The notes below the pieces were generated by a model, which saw only the letters and a program-made list of their open reading frames with translations, made no database searches and was not told where the DNA came from. Below are positions 61,891 to 63,343 of a stretch of 63,343 nucleotides of DNA, piece by piece (the first letter of the stretch is position 1; each line of letters begins with the position of its first letter). The stretch is from Clostridia bacterium (lineage in GTDB: Bacteria; Bacillota; Clostridia; UMGS1883). The position numbers were made by a program, and so were the translations under genes. Where the stretch lies: NCBI GenBank assembly GCA_045660765.1, contig JAZREK010000070.1, forward strand, positions 1 through 63,343, read 5' to 3'.

Positions 61891-63114
61891 ATGAAAATCA
61901 AAGGAAACATAGTAATTGGTCAGTCAGGCGGTCCTACCGCTGCTATAAATGCAACTCTCGCAGGCGTTTTCTGTGAGGGTAAAAACCTCTGCGAAGGTAA
62001 AATTTTCGGTATGGTCGGCGGTGTTGAAGGTCTTCTTGCCGAAAATATGATTGATATGAAAGAATATCTCAAAACCGACAATGATGTTGAGCTTTTGAAG
62101 AGAACTCCGTCATCTTACCTTGGCTCTTGCCGTTTTAAGCTTCCCGAACCCGTGGAAGGAAACGAAGTTTACGAAAATCTTTTCAAGATTTTTGAAAAGC
62201 ACGATATAAAGGGCTTTTTCTACATCGGTGGTAACGACTCGATGGATACTGTTAAAAAGCTTTCTGCGTATAATAAGTTCAAAAACACCGATATTAAGTT
62301 TATGGGTGTGCCGAAAACTATTGACAACGACCTTGTAAAAACTGACCATACCCCCGGTTTCGGCAGTGCGGCAAAATTCGTTGCAACAGTTACCAAGGAA
62401 CTTGTACGCGACAGTCTGGTTTACGACCTTAAGAGCGTAACCGTTGTTGAAATTATGGGCCGTGATGCAGGTTGGCTTACAGGTGCGAGCGCTCTTGCAA
62501 AGGGCGATGACTGTGAAGGCGCGGCAATGGTGCTTCTTCCCGAAGTTCCGTTTGATTACGAATACGTTAAAAACCGCGTAAAAGAACTTACCGAAGGAAA
62601 CAAGTCGCTCGTAATCACAGTTTCCGAGGGTGTAAGAACGGCTGACGGCAAGTATGTTTGCGAACTCGGTAGCGAAAAGGGTACTGACGCATTCGGTCAC
62701 ACTATGCTTACAGGTACAGCGCAGACAATTGCGACAATGCTTAAAAACGACCTTGGTATAAAGACACGCGCCGTAGAACTTTCAACAGTTCAGCGTTGTG
62801 CTTCACATATTGCTTCGCTTACAGATATTAATGAATCATTCGCTGTTGGTAGTGCAGCTGTAAAAGCCGCTGCACAGGGCGAAAGCGGTAAGATGGCACT
62901 TTTAAAGAGAGTTTCCGATAACCCCTACATCTGCGAAACAGATACTGCAGACGTTGCGGAGATTGCAAACCTTGCAAAAGAAGTTCCGCGCTATATGATT
63001 AACGAAAAAGGCGACAACGTAACCGAAGAATTTATAAAATACGCGCGTCCGCTTATCGAAGGCGAACTTACCCCTATTATGGAGAACGGCTTGCCCAAAC
63101 ATATTAAACGCTAA
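61891..63114 (+). CDS. phosphofructokinase paralogue (short Pfp-like; phosphoryl donor uncertain)
   Basis: GQSGGPTAAINA, IGGNDS, PKTIDNDL and MGRDAGW. Asn replaces the Gly/Asp specificity residue in the GG(D/N)xS motif. Confidence 0.8.
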   Translation: MKIKGNIVIGQSGGPTAAINATLAGVFCEGKNLCEGKIFGMVGGVEGLLAENMIDMKEYLKTDNDVELLKRTPSSYLGSCRFKLPEPVEGNEVYENLFKIFEKHDIKGFFYIGGNDSMDTVKKLSAYNKFKNTDIKFMGVPKTIDNDLVKTDHTPGFGSAAKFVATVTKELVRDSLVYDLKSVTVVEIMGRDAGWLTGASALAKGDDCEGAAMVLLPEVPFDYEYVKNRVKELTEGNKSLVITVSEGVRTADGKYVCELGSEKGTDAFGHTMLTGTAQTIATMLKNDLGIKTRAVELSTVQRCASHIASLTDINESFAVGSAAVKAAAQGESGKMALLKRVSDNPYICETDTADVAEIANLAKEVPRYMINEKGDNVTEEFIKYARPLIEGELTPIMENGLPKHIKR

Positions 63115-63120
63115 CATTCT

Positions 63121-63178
63121 CGTTTGGGGACGGGTCGGTTTTGTTACCCCTTCGGCTTACAAAAAACAACCCGTCCCC
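63121..63178. repeat. REP-like family B unit
   Basis: cgtttGGGGACGGGTCGGTTTTGTTAccccttcggctTACAAAAAACAACCCGTCCCC. Confidence 0.8.
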
Positions 63179-63179
63179 T

Positions 63180-63269
63180 CATACTACTCGCAATAACGAA
63201 GCGGGTGATCCGCCGTCCCCGCATACTACTCGCAATAACGAAGCGGGTGATCCGCCGTCCCCGCATACA
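63180..63269 (+). repeat. 42-nt tandem repeat, 2.1 copies, derived from the family B right arm and flank
   Basis: catactactcgcaataacgaagcgggtgatccgccgtccccg occurs twice identically, then cataca. Confidence 0.9.
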
Positions 63270-63300
63270 ACACGTAACAGCAAACAAAGGAACTGATACT

Positions 63301-63343
63301 ATGGAACAACGCACTTTGAAGGTTCTTGAATACAACAAAATAA
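63301..63343 (+). CDS. mutS2: probable endonuclease MutS2, first 14 codons (runs off the window)
   Basis: MEQRTLKVLEYNKI resembles MutS2 N-termini (M..KTL..LE..KI). AAAGGAA RBS. Confidence 0.45.
   Translation, partial: MEQRTLKVLEYNKI

Noticed and set aside
63144-63338. A 64-aa minus-strand ORF with internal ITRFVIASSMRGRR repeats, and the possibility that the 42-nt repeats are a CRISPR array.
   Set aside because: The ORF is a translation of the tandem repeat. The repeats are directly adjacent with no spacers, number only 2.1 copies, derive from the REP-like family, and no cas genes are nearby.

Overview
A 63.3-kb chromosomal segment from a spore-forming Firmicute of the class Clostridia, judged from the complete spoIIIAA-AH operon, sleB, ctsR-mcsA-mcsB-clpC and the conserved priA-def-fmt-rsmB-rlmN-stp-prkC-rsgA-rpe block. 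About 85% of the window is ordinary housekeeping sequence: valS, malQ, potABCD, an amino-acid ABC transporter, two phosphofructokinases, glucokinase, and a lysine-riboswitch-controlled NhaC-type transporter. The left ~10 kb looks accessory and partly decayed. It holds a GH36 alpha-galactosidase with an in-frame TAG, a glycyl-radical-enzyme remnant, and a truncated tRNA-Pro pseudogene whose 3' end is duplicated. The strongest candidate system is a six-gene minus-strand operon at 3059-8322, driven by a perfect consensus promoter. It encodes a cytoplasmic vWA protein, a PP2C phosphatase and a Hanks-type Ser/Thr kinase (a TerY-P-type triad), interleaved with three zinc-ribbon membrane proteins. 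Two of the six proteins end in the same F-x-x-AGDL C-terminal motif. The window also carries several dispersed intergenic repeat families. One is a ~250-280 bp MITE-like element with 10-bp terminal inverted repeats, with one copy inside the operon and one directly upstream of potA. Another is a REP-like GGGGACGGGG hairpin family at five or more gene ends, including a nested insertion and a tandem duplication. A ~640-nt ORF-free unit with a strong promoter and terminator lies upstream of potABCD. luxS also carries an in-frame TAG and has lost its metal-ligand cysteine. All calls rest on reading the sequence, ORF translations and motif recognition; no database search was run.
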